DNA of 64,000 nt from Oculina patagonica (lineage: Eukaryota), in assembly GCF_052425735.1 (NCBI RefSeq), contig NC_135761.1, positions 8,618,001 through 8,682,000 of the forward strand, given 5' to 3'. Position numbers and translations under genes: made by a program. Under the pieces are notes generated by a model. The model ran no database searches, was not told the DNA's origin, and saw nothing but the letters and a program-made list of their open reading frames with translations. This document shows positions 1 through 11,676 of this stretch, piece after piece. The number at the start of each line of letters is the position of its first letter. Position 1 is the first letter of the stretch.

Positions 1-1
1 T

Positions 2-805
2 ATCCTGAATGCTGTGTTTTCTCTGTTAACCTCTACTGGGAATGTTATAATTCTTCATGTCATCTGGAAGAAACGAGAACTACACTCGCCATCTTTCACC
101 CTTTTGTTTTGCCTCGCGGCTTCGGATCTCCTCGTTGGTGTGATTTCTCAACCATGTTTCGTGGTTTACCATATCGCCGAACTTGCAGAAAGCTTTAGTG
201 TTTACTGCACATTCAGAATTACTCACACTATATCTAGCTATATAACTTGTGGTATGTCTCTGGTGACTTTAAGCGGAATCTCTGTCGATCGACTTCTCGC
301 TTTAATCCTGCACCTCCGCTACAACACGATTGTCACTGTTGACAGAATCTTGATAACTGTTGCCTTCCTTTGGATCGTATGTATAACAGTCGTTATGTTG
401 CGGTTCTGGATCAGCAAGTGGATTATTATCCCTGCCGTTATACTGCTTTCAACATTTCTTATCACAACCCTAAGCACCTTGAAAATATTTCAGATCGTTC
501 GCAGACATCGGCGCCAGATAAGTCAGCAGCAACAGAGTTTTCAAATCAACACGGTAAACGTGCTCAAATGTAGAAAATCTGCAGTGACCGTACTTTATGT
601 TTATGGTTTATTCTTGCTTTTTTATTTTCCAATTTTTTTGACGAGTCTTGCGACTTTATTCATTGGATACACATTAGAAGTGAAAATTGCCTATAACTAT
701 GCTACAAGTGCTGTTTTGATCAACTCCTGCTTGAATCCACTTGTTTATTGCTGGAGAATTAAGGAGATAAGACGGGCTGTTACGAATTTACTGAGGAAAA
801 CCTGA
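2..805 (+). CDS. Intronless class-A (rhodopsin-like) GPCR, melanocortin/adenosine-receptor-like; 5' end lies outside the window
   Basis: TM1 GN, TM2 LAASD, TM3 DRL, TM7 NPLVY motifs and seven hydrophobic segments; the frame is open back to base 2. Confidence 0.9.
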   Translation: MLNAVFSLLTSTGNVIILHVIWKKRELHSPSFTLLFCLAASDLLVGVISQPCFVVYHIAELAESFSVYCTFRITHTISSYITCGMSLVTLSGISVDRLLALILHLRYNTIVTVDRILITVAFLWIVCITVVMLRFWISKWIIIPAVILLSTFLITTLSTLKIFQIVRRHRRQISQQQQSFQINTVNVLKCRKSAVTVLYVYGLFLLFYFPIFLTSLATLFIGYTLEVKIAYNYATSAVLINSCLNPLVYCWRIKEIRRAVTNLLRKT

Positions 806-3167
806 CAAGAAAACGAAATGTCTAAGTTCTTCCTTGATAAGTATTCCTTAACCTGCGATTCTACATTATTTTTTAATTTGTCAGACAAAGTGTACCCTGC
901 GAGAAGTCCAGTGTTTTCTCGCCTGCCGCGTCTATTGCCCTGTAGTCGTGGTAGAAATATGCCGGTTTCCAATGAAGGGAAAGCATAAATGTGCAATACT
1001 CTTGTGCATTCCTGGCAGTTTTTGTTATATAATCAGCCACTTAGTGCTCAGAAAACAGCGCCAAGTAGTAAACGAAGCAATCTTACGATGGGACAAAAAT
1101 GTAGTTTTTTTTTAACATTTTGCTTTAAACTTTACCGATTAGATTATTCCACAGTATCGGCAAAGTAAATACATATTATGAGCGAAAGAGTGGCTACGAA
1201 CATGGGTGAATTGTCATACTGTATATGTTATTTACAGTATTTTCCCTCAAAATGAAACATAATACTGTGCATGTATGTATCTTTATTTTAAAAAAGGAAG
1301 GAACTATAGTTTCAGTAATGTATCCGGCACTGTGTGTCCTTTAACTAAAATTGAATTAATGTATCATTGAAGGGACTTTATTATGTATAGCGAAGCGGCC
1401 CTAAAAGAAAAGAGTCATGTTGACATAACTGTTTTGTAGAAATTAAACTTTGACTGGGGAAAGATGGAAATAAACTTGAAAAGAAAGAAGAACAGTGAGA
1501 AGACATCAGAACTTTCAAGGCTTAATTTTATTAGTAATAAATTATTTTTAATTCTATTATATTCCTAAACCTGTTTTTCATTACTATAAACGTCGAGCAT
1601 TAATAAATAAATAAATTTGGAATATTTAAGAATAATCCATCAATATAGAGGGTAGTGTTTTAAGAGGTTCTGTGAAAAATCGTGTAGACTGCAAACAATC
1701 TCTTTGCTCTAAAGTCCGCGGGTACGAACGCGAACGGGGTCAAATTTGCACTTATTGTAAGCCAGCCGACTTTTTTCACCGTTTTGGACACAAGCCAGCC
1801 GACGTATCGACGTATGGCCACTGCATGAGCTCACACATGTCACACGGAGATGCTTTAGCGTTATACCTTCCTCGTTTTTTTTTTTAATGTCATCTTTTCA
1901 AAAACGTGCGTGCAGGTTCTTCTTAAAAGGCGAGCAAACAAAGATTCTGTCGTATAACGTTTTGTACGTCTTATCTGCTGATCACAAAAGTCTCGAAAAC
2001 GACAATTTCAATGTTTAATAAAGCTTATCTCATTAACCGGTTTTTTTAATATTTGCCTACGTGGGTTTGTTAATTAAATATGCGATACCTTGTTTCTTAT
2101 ATTCCCTGAACTTTGGCTTTCATTATATTGGCAGATCTGTTTGTTCACTTCTTTTTGCAATTTGTAAATCCGTTAGACCATTAATTAAAATAAACTGAAT
2201 AAGTTCTCTATATCTAGTTGTGCATAAAATACTGACATTTTCGTTCATAATTTGTTGTGCCACGAAATGTTTCATTAAAATAGAGTACAATAAACTGGGT
2301 ACTCGGTAGAGTTAACACCATGACACCGACTGCATTCAACTGAGCTGCGAAACCAATTTGGTCAAAATACAAAAGATATGTATGTCGCTAGCCAATTGAG
2401 TTAGAGCATAATTTCTTAAAAATTAATAATGTGAATACATTTCGTATGCATAAGATGCTCTCTTTTCAATAATAATATATTTGTTGTGCCACGAACTGTT
2501 TAACTAAAAAAAAAATAATAATACTAAATAAACTGGGTCCGCGATGTATGACACTAACTACTTTCGACTGGGCTATCATAATGGTCAACCCAGTTGCCTA
2601 GCGATCGCCTGTAAAAGACATGGAAAGATTCATTGCAGATTCGAATTCACCGAACTGATATATTCTTGGCCTTTTCTGAACTTGTCCACTCAATAAAAAC
2701 CTATTAATCTTCTTCCTGCCTTAGATGACACTTAATACGTCTATAAACTTAGATTTAATTTTATTATTGTAAATAGCCATATTTTTTTAGCATTTTCTTT
2801 TATTTCAACCTCTTTTTTTGTTATGTCCCCGTATTAGTGGGGAGTTTTCCCCAGCTAGGTGGTTTATGACATTTTAATAAAGTTTCCATCCATCCATCCA
2901 TCCATAAAGATAATGTTAACAAAAGAAACGGGTATGGGAACTTTTATGTGTTAGCATTGCATCTTTAGTTGTCAACAAGCCCATATATTTTTTTCTTAAT
3001 TTTCCTTTAACCACTTACATTTTTAATAACTATCAATGACTGACAACGTGGGCGTCATAAAGACGAGATTCCACCTCGCGGTCTCCACAATTCTTATTAC
3101 TAGTACATGCCTCGACGTATTCGAGTTTATAGAATGCACGAGTGAATTAATTGTAAATTGGGCATTA

Positions 3168-4094
3168 ATGATGAACACTACCTTTTTGCAATCCACATGT
3201 TTCTTCTTGGAAGTTCATTGGGAACAAACCAAGCTCGACGTTACAGCAAGTATTCTGTCGTGTGTGGTTAGCGCACTATTTGCGTTGACTGCAGTGCTGG
3301 GAAATAGCATCGTCATGCTCGTAATATGGAAAACACGGGAACTTCATTCGCCATCGTTTACCTTGCTATTTTGCCTGGCAGCTTCAGATCTTCTGGTTGG
3401 ATTGGTTGGTCAGTCATCCTTCGTTGCATACAAGTTAGCGGAGCTTCTGGGAGATTTTAGCACGTATTGCAACATGCGGATGATTCAGTTCTTTTGTGGA
3501 TGGATAACAGCTGGTGTTTCTTATTTGACGCTAAGCGGAGTCAGCATAGATAGACTTCTGGCTTTAACTCTTCATCTGCGATACAAAAGTATGATCACTG
3601 TGCCGTGGGTGTTAACATCGGCAGCGGCCATTTGGATCATCTGCTCTATTGGGACAATTTTGAAGTTTTGGCTTGAACTCTGGTTACTTTTGCCAATTAT
3701 TACTTCGGTAGTGGCCATTTTAACAACTGCAGCTTGCACTTTTGAAATACTCCGAATTTCGCGCAAGCATCAACGCCAAATAAATGCTGAGCGAAACCAG
3801 ATAATTACCAACTTACAATGCAACGTGGTTGATGTACATAAATGCAAAAAATCAGCGATAACTGTACTCTATGTTTACGGATTGCTGTTGGCTTTTTATC
3901 TCCCGTTCTTAGCGGTTATGGGTGTTGAAACAGTGAACGGTTATACACGATCAGTAAAAATCGCTTATGAATACGCCACAACAGCTGTTTTTATAAACTC
4001 TTCTCTGAATCCTATTATTTACTGTTGGAGAATTGGCCAAATAAAACGTGCCGCGAAAATTTATTTAAAGAAGCTGATTTTCGGTGAAAACTAA
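3168..4094 (+). CDS. Intronless class-A GPCR, tandem paralog of 2..805
   Basis: GN, LAASD, DRL and NPIIY motifs; shares ELHSPSFTLLFCLAASDLLVG and DRLLAL.LHLRY with the upstream gene. The likely start is MMNTT at 3168, although the ORF opens at 3036. Confidence 0.9.
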   Translation: MMNTTFLQSTCFFLEVHWEQTKLDVTASILSCVVSALFALTAVLGNSIVMLVIWKTRELHSPSFTLLFCLAASDLLVGLVGQSSFVAYKLAELLGDFSTYCNMRMIQFFCGWITAGVSYLTLSGVSIDRLLALTLHLRYKSMITVPWVLTSAAAIWIICSIGTILKFWLELWLLLPIITSVVAILTTAACTFEILRISRKHQRQINAERNQIITNLQCNVVDVHKCKKSAITVLYVYGLLLAFYLPFLAVMGVETVNGYTRSVKIAYEYATTAVFINSSLNPIIYCWRIGQIKRAAKIYLKKLIFGEN

Positions 4095-4442
4095 TTATAA
4101 CTTTGCATGTAAAAATTGCGTTCTTCTCTCCGTATCTTTAGTTTCTTATACGAACGGCAGGGATCGGCGATCACACGAATCCGAGCTGATTGTTTGCCGA
4201 GTTGATGGAGCGGAAGTTTCAACAACGCGTTTAACTTAGTATTACTTAATATTCACGAATTTTAGTTTCTTTATAGGGAGGCGAGAGTAATTTAGTAAAA
4301 TATTTTTATTTAGTGCAGATCACTTTGCTGCATATAACTGACTTATACGCTTTTGATAAGCCAATAAATAAAATTATACCTACACGATATGCATGGATAA
4401 CAAAATATTTTGCAGCCCAAGGGCTCGCAGCTAAGTTAAATT

Positions 4443-4560
4443 TACCCTAACCCTAGACCCTAATGTTAGAGCTAGGCTAGGGACAGGGTTAAGCTTAGGG
4501 TTAAGCTTAGGGTTAAGCTTAGGGTTAGGCTTGGGGTTAGGCTTGGGGTTAGATAGGGTT
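4443..4560. repeat. Degenerate telomere-like repeat: CCCTAA-type units followed by TTAGGG-type units including a 12-mer TTAAGCTTAGGG
   Basis: Read directly from the sequence. Confidence 0.8.
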
Positions 4561-5309
4561 ACTGACGTTTACAATATGATCATACACATTTAAATTTCAC
4601 AGATACCCATTTAATAATATTTTAGCTGGATGGTGTCTTTAACTAATAGACACTGTCAGAACTGTCATTCATTTTTATTTGTCAGTGTTAGTGCCCAAAT
4701 ATGGTTTTAAAGTAAAACACGATCAGAAGCTAGCTTCTGGTACCATTACATCATGAACGTGTTGGATAAGCTTTACAGGATAGTCTCAATAGCCGCCCTT
4801 GGGTTTAACATTTCCATCAAACATTTCGCAGGAGCGTTGATCGTTCGGCGAGGTCAACGATTAACTGGTGTTGGAATAAAATGTCTGATTTCTTAGTCGG
4901 AAACTTAAGGAAAATAAGAAAGCACTTAATGTATGATTAATCTACTTGCAAATAGCTACAGCGCGAACGCTTCTTGAGTGCGTATTTATTGTAAACCGCA
5001 TTTCCATGAACTCAAAGGCAGTACATAATGCGTAGAAACACCAAACGGATTTTTCATTTATTTGTGGACAAATTTAAAGTCCCCTTTCCCTAAAATAATG
5101 AACATTTATGCCCAGTCTAATTACAGAAAAAATTCTTTTGAGCATGCGATTTTCTGAACTGCGGTTAACAATCTGAGATCAATAAAAAATAAAACCACCT
5201 GAAAAGGTGAACGGCAAAACTGAATCAATCGACCCTTGGCTAAGTTGTTTTATGAACAGCAATGGCTCTGGCAATAGGTCGCTAGAATGTCGCTTATCAT
5301 GGACAGAAA

Positions 5310-6623
5310 ATGAGGGTTATTGGCTTATTGGTTATCGGTGTGATTTGTAGCTGTTCAAGTGATACCGTCGTTGATCGCGGAGATAATTTCAAGAAATTCG
5401 TAAAGCCCTGCTTTGATGGAGAGGAAATTGAAAACACGTGCTCAGAGCCAAGTGACTCCTGTCACGAGAAATTAGGAAATGAGTTCAAGCTCGTCCGTTT
5501 AGATGGAGTAAAGGTAAATATGTACCAGAAATGCAAGTTGGAACTTTCTTATTAATCAAGCTAAGGTCATATATATTCACTGATTTTGTCTAGATTTTAT
5601 TTTTATTTCGGGAAACTTGTAAACAATGGAATAAGCCAACCGGTGGCAGTATTAGAAGCAAACCGGTAGCAGGTTTCAAGAGGCATTTAAAGCCGGAAAT
5701 TTAGACTCCCTTGCCATACATATATTCACATATTTTCGGTTTAGTGAGTGGATATACACTGACACATTTATGGGATATAGGGCTCGGCTTTCCTTACGAC
5801 ATCAACTACTTATAATTGCTTTACAATACTATACTATACAGACGAGAAACTTGTTCCTCTTTTACAATGTTTTCTTTTTTAACTCTTTTGTCGTCTTCAG
5901 ACAGGTCACGTGCAGTGGTTGGAGGTCGGTCCAGGGAAGACTGTGAAGCTTATAACACGAGCAATGAGACCTTTGATATTCGGTATGATAATAATACTTT
6001 CTATTTATAGTTCATATACCTTTGTTCCTTTATATTTCGTATTTTTATGAACCTCACTTAAAAGATAAACGGAATCAACGGTGCATCAACTGTAGACGTT
6101 TGAAGATTTCGAATATAATATTATGTCTACAGGTGCAATCTACGAACCAGCTGTAACAGAGGCCAGAGGATTCAGTTTAGGTTTCAACATTCGGTACAGC
6201 TAAAGCTGAAAACAAAACTGTATTTTTCAGTGGTTTTTAGTTACCTGGCCTTCCAAAATTGGTTGAAACTCAGCTGCGCTCTCTTTAGCTCTTTTTACCT
6301 TACGAGACTAGACTATTTTGACATACTGGAGAAAAAAGGGGGGTCTTTGTAGGTGGTTCGGGGCGTTTGCAATTATATTAGTTTTTATTTCCATTAGAGA
6401 TTTTTTTTGCTTTATACCTGACTCTGCAGAAAATATGAGACATCTAGAAACCCAGCCCCTTTCATAGTTGGTATTATGCTTGTGTTTATAGAAATTCCCG
6501 AGTTCCTGTCAGATGAGGAGTGCAATCGCATCATGTCACTGGCAAAAGACAGCGGACTTCAAACAAGTACATCGGGCTTTTTCAACTACGATGGAGACTT
6601 GGACGAAGACTTAGCGAAAGCCG
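5310..6623 (+). CDS. P4HTM-like paralog A, exons 1-3 only (5310-5513, 5901-5982, 6492-6623); remainder lost in assembly gaps
   Basis: GT-AG borders. Spliced peptide has a signal peptide, then RLDGVK|TGHVQWLEVGPGKTVKLITRAMRPLIF|EIPEFLSDEEC. Exon 2 and 3 sizes (82, 132 nt) and phases match paralog B. Confidence 0.85.
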
Positions 6624-6719
6624 GTGAGAAAGAGTCAAAATTTCGAATTGACATGCAACTTGCCGCGCCCTTTCATGTCTTCAATTCCATGTATCCTCAT
6701 GAGCCATTTTGTCAGCCAG

Positions 6720-7460
6720 NNNNNNNNNNNNNNNNNNNNNNNNNNNNNNNNNNNNNNNNNNNNNNNNNNNNNNNNNNNNNNNNNNNNNNNNNNNNNNNNN
6801 NNNNNNNNNNNNNNNNNNNNNNNNNNNNNNNNNNNNNNNNNNNNNNNNNNNNNNNNNNNNNNNNNNNNNNNNNNNNNNNNNNNNNNNNNNGTCAGCCAGT
6901 CTGTCAAACTAACATCAATCGGTCAGTCAATCAGTAGACCATTTAGTCATACCATCAGTCNNNNNNNNNNNNNNNNNNNNNNNNNNNNNNNNNNNNNNNN
7001 NNNNNNNNNNNNNNNNNNNNNNNNNNNNNNNNNNNNNNNNNNNNNNNNNNNNNNNNNNNNNNNNNNNNNNNNNNNNNNNNNNNNNNNNNNNNNNNNNNNN
7101 NNNNNNNNNNNNNNNNNNNNNNNNNNNNNNNNNNNNNNNNNNNNNNNNNNNNNNNNNNNNNNNNNNNNNNNNNNNNNNNNNNNNNNNNNNNNNNNNNNNN
7201 NNNNNNNNNNNNNNNNNNNNNNNNNNNNNNNNNNNNNNNNNNNNNNNNNNNNNNNNNNNNNNNNNNNNNNNNNNNNNNNNNNNNNNNNNNNNNNNNNNNN
7301 NNNNNNNNNNNNNNNNNNNNNNNNNNNNNNNNNNNNNNNNNNNNNNNNNNNNNNNNNNNNNNNNNNNNNNNNNNNNNNNNNNNNNNNNNNNNNNNNNNNN
7401 NNNNNNNNNNNNNNNNNNNNNNNNNNNNNNNNNNNNNNNNNNNNNNNNNNNNNNNNNNNN
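6720..7460. other. Two assembly gaps (6720-6890, and exactly 500 N at 6961-7460) flanked by CAGT/CAGC-type microsatellite
   Basis: N runs. Confidence 0.99.
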
Positions 7461-7462
7461 AC

Positions 7463-10400
7463 CTTTCATGAAGGCGCCTTAAAACATGATCAGCGGTTTT
7501 GTCCTGGCGTAACCAGGCCGTGTCGCTGAAACGAAATTTATGACGGGGACTCGAAGATTTTAAAAAAGCCATATATGCAAGGATTCTCTTTATGTTCCAC
7601 TCACTGAATAGTGTAGCCGTTATCTTTCCTAGAAGCAAAGCAAATACATTTGCAATCAAAAGGGAAGCCACGAGCCAAGCGGCCCACACTGCCGGAGCTT
7701 ATCCCGGTTTCCGTAGCATTAAGCGGCTAGGAATATTTCTACTCCCCCCTGAATGGGATGCTAGTCCATCGCAGGGTACCCCCCCCCCCCCCAGTATTAT
7801 GTCGCCGGTACCCATTTATACACCTGGGTGGAGAGAGGCACTATGAGAAGAAAGTGTCTTGCCTAAGAACACAACACAGTGACCCCGGCCAGGGCTCGAA
7901 CTCGGACCGCTCGATCGAAGTCTGGCGCACTAGCCATTAGGCCCCCGCGCCTCCATTTGCAATCAAGTTTCTCATAATAAGTTGTGTTAAATAATACTTT
8001 ATACATATAATAAGTAAATTGAATATATGAAAAAAAAGATCAAATGCAAAAACTTGGAATTTCTTGCATACAAAATATAACTATCATGCGTCTCGGAAAA
8101 AGGATGGAAACACTTATCAGATCAACTTAAAAAAAGTTTATTTTGCTTTTGTTTGGTTACCTTCTACTTGATTATCAGCTATTCCTGACCGTCTTAACCT
8201 TCAAAACAAGAAAGATTTAATAACTGATTTTGTTCCATATTCCCGCGCTTTTAACCAGAAATAAAATTATATAGCTGCCGATACTCACATTTCAATTATT
8301 TCATCATCTTTTAAGTGCAACGTTTTGTATTCCTGAGCAAATGTCTTTATCTGTAAAGAGAGAAACAATGTGTGTTGTAAATGCTCTTTTATTAATTTAT
8401 TAATTTTATAATTTCAGATAATTTATTGGTGACTTTCTATAGTAAAATGCACTACTAACTCAGCTTCTGAGATCTTTTCCCTTTTAAGTTTGAATTTTTG
8501 TTGTTTCTTTTCTCGACTCGTTTGAGATCAGCTATGATATAAAATTATGCTGACCGATTTGTTGACTCGTTTTATCTTCATTCTCTAATTTATCTCCTGT
8601 TTATATCTATAACATATGTACCTCTGGAATGTCAATGATGCCATCTTTGTTTGCATCCCATGCGTTGAAGTCCCGTGCAAAATAATATTTCTGGTCAAGG
8701 GTTGCATTACTGTCTTAAAACGAAAGGCGGCATGAGATTAAATTTGATGTTTTTCTCTAAGTACCTTTCAAACATTTAATTTGTAAAACAATACATTTTT
8801 GCTATGTTACACCTTATTAGCAAAAAAAAAAAAACAATTTCGTTATTTCAAAGCCTTTAACGTTTTTAGAATGCATTTAGACTTCACGCAACTACCAGTG
8901 TCCCTAGCTTTAGTTTTTCCGTTTTATTTTCTTATGCTAATTAATATAGGCAATTATAATTACTTGAATCCTCGACTGAAAAAAGTAAATCACACAAAAA
9001 TGGATAAAATGACTTGAAGGTAATGATTTAATAATTACTGATATAGCAGTGTAATAGATATGTCAACTCAAAGCCACAGTTTCATTTCGGCTCCGATCCT
9101 GCGAATACTGCTGCTTCTTATCACTCCTAGCAGGCTAGCTTGTTTTTCCAAAAACCATTACCCGCTGATAATTTTAGGAGATAAAGGACGAATGAAATAC
9201 CGAGTAAATGCATCGTGTCAATATAGGAAACGTTGGTATACTTAATTGTTATATTTCGATATAATTCTATATCATCTTCAGACTATTAAGGTGACAAACA
9301 AGTAGCTAGGATTTAAATACTGAAAGATGGTACATTAGCATTTAAAACATCAGTGCACATGAAAATACAAAATAAAGACGTTAATGTCAAGAGAATAAGC
9401 ATAGTTGAACTTCCCTGCAAGCTTTTAAACCATTGTTCAAAGATGGTGCTGAGTGCTTGATATGGTAGGCTTCTTTGTATAGCACTGATTGCACGTACAC
9501 TGAATCTGCACTCCCAACAAAATTAAAACCGAATCGTTAAGCGAAATAAGAAAGTTTTTATTATGGAACGGTTTCCCTAGACGTATTGCGAACTCATTAA
9601 TTGACTGCTTTACTACTAACGCCCAGAATAATCCTCAAAATCATTACAATACCTCACGCGACAACAAAGATTCAACTATCTGGCTTACCATACCGTTCGT
9701 CGGTGACCTTACAACACAGCTTGTTAAGAAACTTAAGCATAAGCTTCGTAGATGTCTCGTCGACCCGAATGTGAACATCCAAATAAAACAGAAGACCACA
9801 AAGTTATGTTTCTTCACAAGCACTAAGACAAAACACCGCCACTAAGCAAATCAAATGCTGTATATGAATTCACTTGTCGCGGCTGCAATTCCTCGTACAT
9901 CGGCAAAACAAACAGAACTCTGCTTGTCCGCAAGCGTTCAGCAGCATCTTTGAACGATAGTTTAAAAGCTAGCAGGGAACTATGCTTATTCTCTTGACAT
10001 TAACGTCTTTCTTTTGTATTTTCATATGCATGTTTTAAATGCTAATGTACCATCTTTCAGTAATTAAATCCTAGCTACTTGTTTGTCACCTTAGTCCGAA
10101 GATGATATAGAATTATATCGAAATATAACAATTAAGTATACCAACGTTTCCTTGCATTTGTTGTCTAAATCATTATGCATTTACTCGGTATTTCATTCAT
10201 CCTTTATCTAGCTTGTTTTATTGTAGGAATTCTTGTTATTTGTGGGATTCGAATACCCACCAGCTTCTCTCATGACCTCGTCCAAGTCCCTCTCATATTC
10301 CTGGCGTCCTATCTTGCTCATACTGAGACCTGTTTCCTTTGCAAGTGAAATCAAGTGTTCACACTCTTTATCGATTAGAAAGTCGGGAATCTCTGGACGA

Positions 10401-11676
10401 GGGGAAGAAAACAATCAAAATTTTAATTTAGCTCGGAAACATATTATAATAAGTAGCTCACGACTAATTCTCTCGATCATGACCTGGGATCGGGTTGGGT
10501 TGTTTAATGATCGAGTATTTGGTCCCAGCGTACAAAAATGACTAGCACTCACCAAACAGTAACGGTTTCATGGATCTGGTGATTAACTTGTAACTTCTCC
10601 CTTCTTCCAGCTCCAACCATCTTACGTGACCTGTCTGTTATTAATGCATTTTAATAAAACTGTATAGGAGCGAAGCAAATGGAGTTAAGCTTAGCCATGA
10701 ATGAAACGTACGCTATGATTGACGACAGGAAATCTATTTGTGTAAACCGAGTAAAACCTCGTATGTACGACCACAGACAGACCAAATAATATAAATTAAG
10801 TCGCATTAAGGATTATTTCCACATCGTTGATCGCTTGCAATCGATGGATTTCTTTTCTTTTGGTTGATTAATTTGCTATACATAATCAAGGTCATTCTCA
10901 TGCTCTTGAAAGCGAGCGCATAAAGTAAACCAACTGCAATCCCAAATAACACTCAATTTGCGTTTACTGAATTTTCGTGTTTTTAATTTCCTCAGTGTAA
11001 CGTGTGGATTTGCACCAGCATTCTAACCACAAAACGAAAATTTTGCTGTTGAAGACGCTTTGTTTCTCAAATCTAGCAGGTCACGGACAGTGCCACCAGT
11101 TGACCACATTGTATTACTTGCGGGCTTTTCAGTTGTTTTCACTTCACACTGTTACAGTTTGGTTGTTTGGATGGTATTTTCTTATAGTAAAAGAATAACA
11201 AGGCGGGCTTAATATTCTGAAAGCAGCTGATACATTTAAGTAGTATCAAACAACACAAAGAAATGCTTCTTTTCTTTATATGCTAAAGGATTTTATAACT
11301 ATCATAAAAAAATTCTCGTCATGAATTGTGATTTTATATTTATGCGTACATCAACAACTTCTACTAATTCCCTCTGAAATATAATTTAAAAGTAATATGA
11401 ACCAGGCATAAAATAGTTACTTCCTAGTTGGTTAACTGAATCAAATTTAAATTTCTCACCTACCCGTATGCCCTGCAAGCGAACAAGCTTAAAATCACCG
11501 ACTCCCGTGTTCTCGCACGACTCGTCTGGACTGGAACATTGGGCAAGATTCACATCTTCTTCGAAACACGGTTTAATAAACGGCTTTTTGTTCTTATTAA
11601 CGGTAACACTTTCTAAACTGCAAAACTGAATTAAATTCAATAAAAAAGACACAACTGAAATTCCGTCGAGATTCAT
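7463..11676 (-). CDS. P4HTM-like paralog B, exons 1-7 (11676-11464, 10634-10553, 10392-10261, 8713-8622, 8350-8289, 8198-8161, 7628-7463); catalytic 3' exons missing at the gap
   Basis: All borders GT-AG with consistent phases (0,1,1,0,2,1,2). Contains EIPDFL..EC, EF-hand DANKDGIIDIPE and PRHKFRFSDTAWL, collinear with paralog C. Confidence 0.87.
7660..7953 (-). mobile_element. tRNA-derived SINE in intron 6 of P4HTM-like B
   Basis: A-box-like GGCCTAATGG and B-box GTTCGAGCC on the minus strand; 13-bp target-site duplication CATTTGCAATCAA at 7647-7659 and 7954-7966. Confidence 0.85.
9180..10208 (+). mobile_element. Penelope-like retroelement remnant with inverted pseudo-LTRs (about 270-bp arms at 9180-9452 and 9938-10208)
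   Basis: GIY-YIG fragment SNAVYEFTCRGCNSSYIGKTNRTLLVR at 9851-9931; the arms are reverse complements and carry a hammerhead motif. Confidence 0.85.
9241..9290 (-). ncRNA. Minimal type-I hammerhead ribozyme motif (Penelope pLTR)
   Basis: Minus strand reads CUUAAUAGU-CUGAAGA-U-GAUAUA-GAAU-UAUAUC-GAAA-UAUA-ACAAUUAAG: stem I 8 of 9 bp, 6-bp stem II, palindromic AUAU stem III. Confidence 0.72.

Noticed and set aside
6624-7529. Long ORFs containing X runs
   Set aside because: Artefacts of translating through N gaps; only 7628-7463 is a supported exon.
7860-7953. Possible tRNA gene
   Set aside because: It is the head of a SINE bounded by a target-site duplication.
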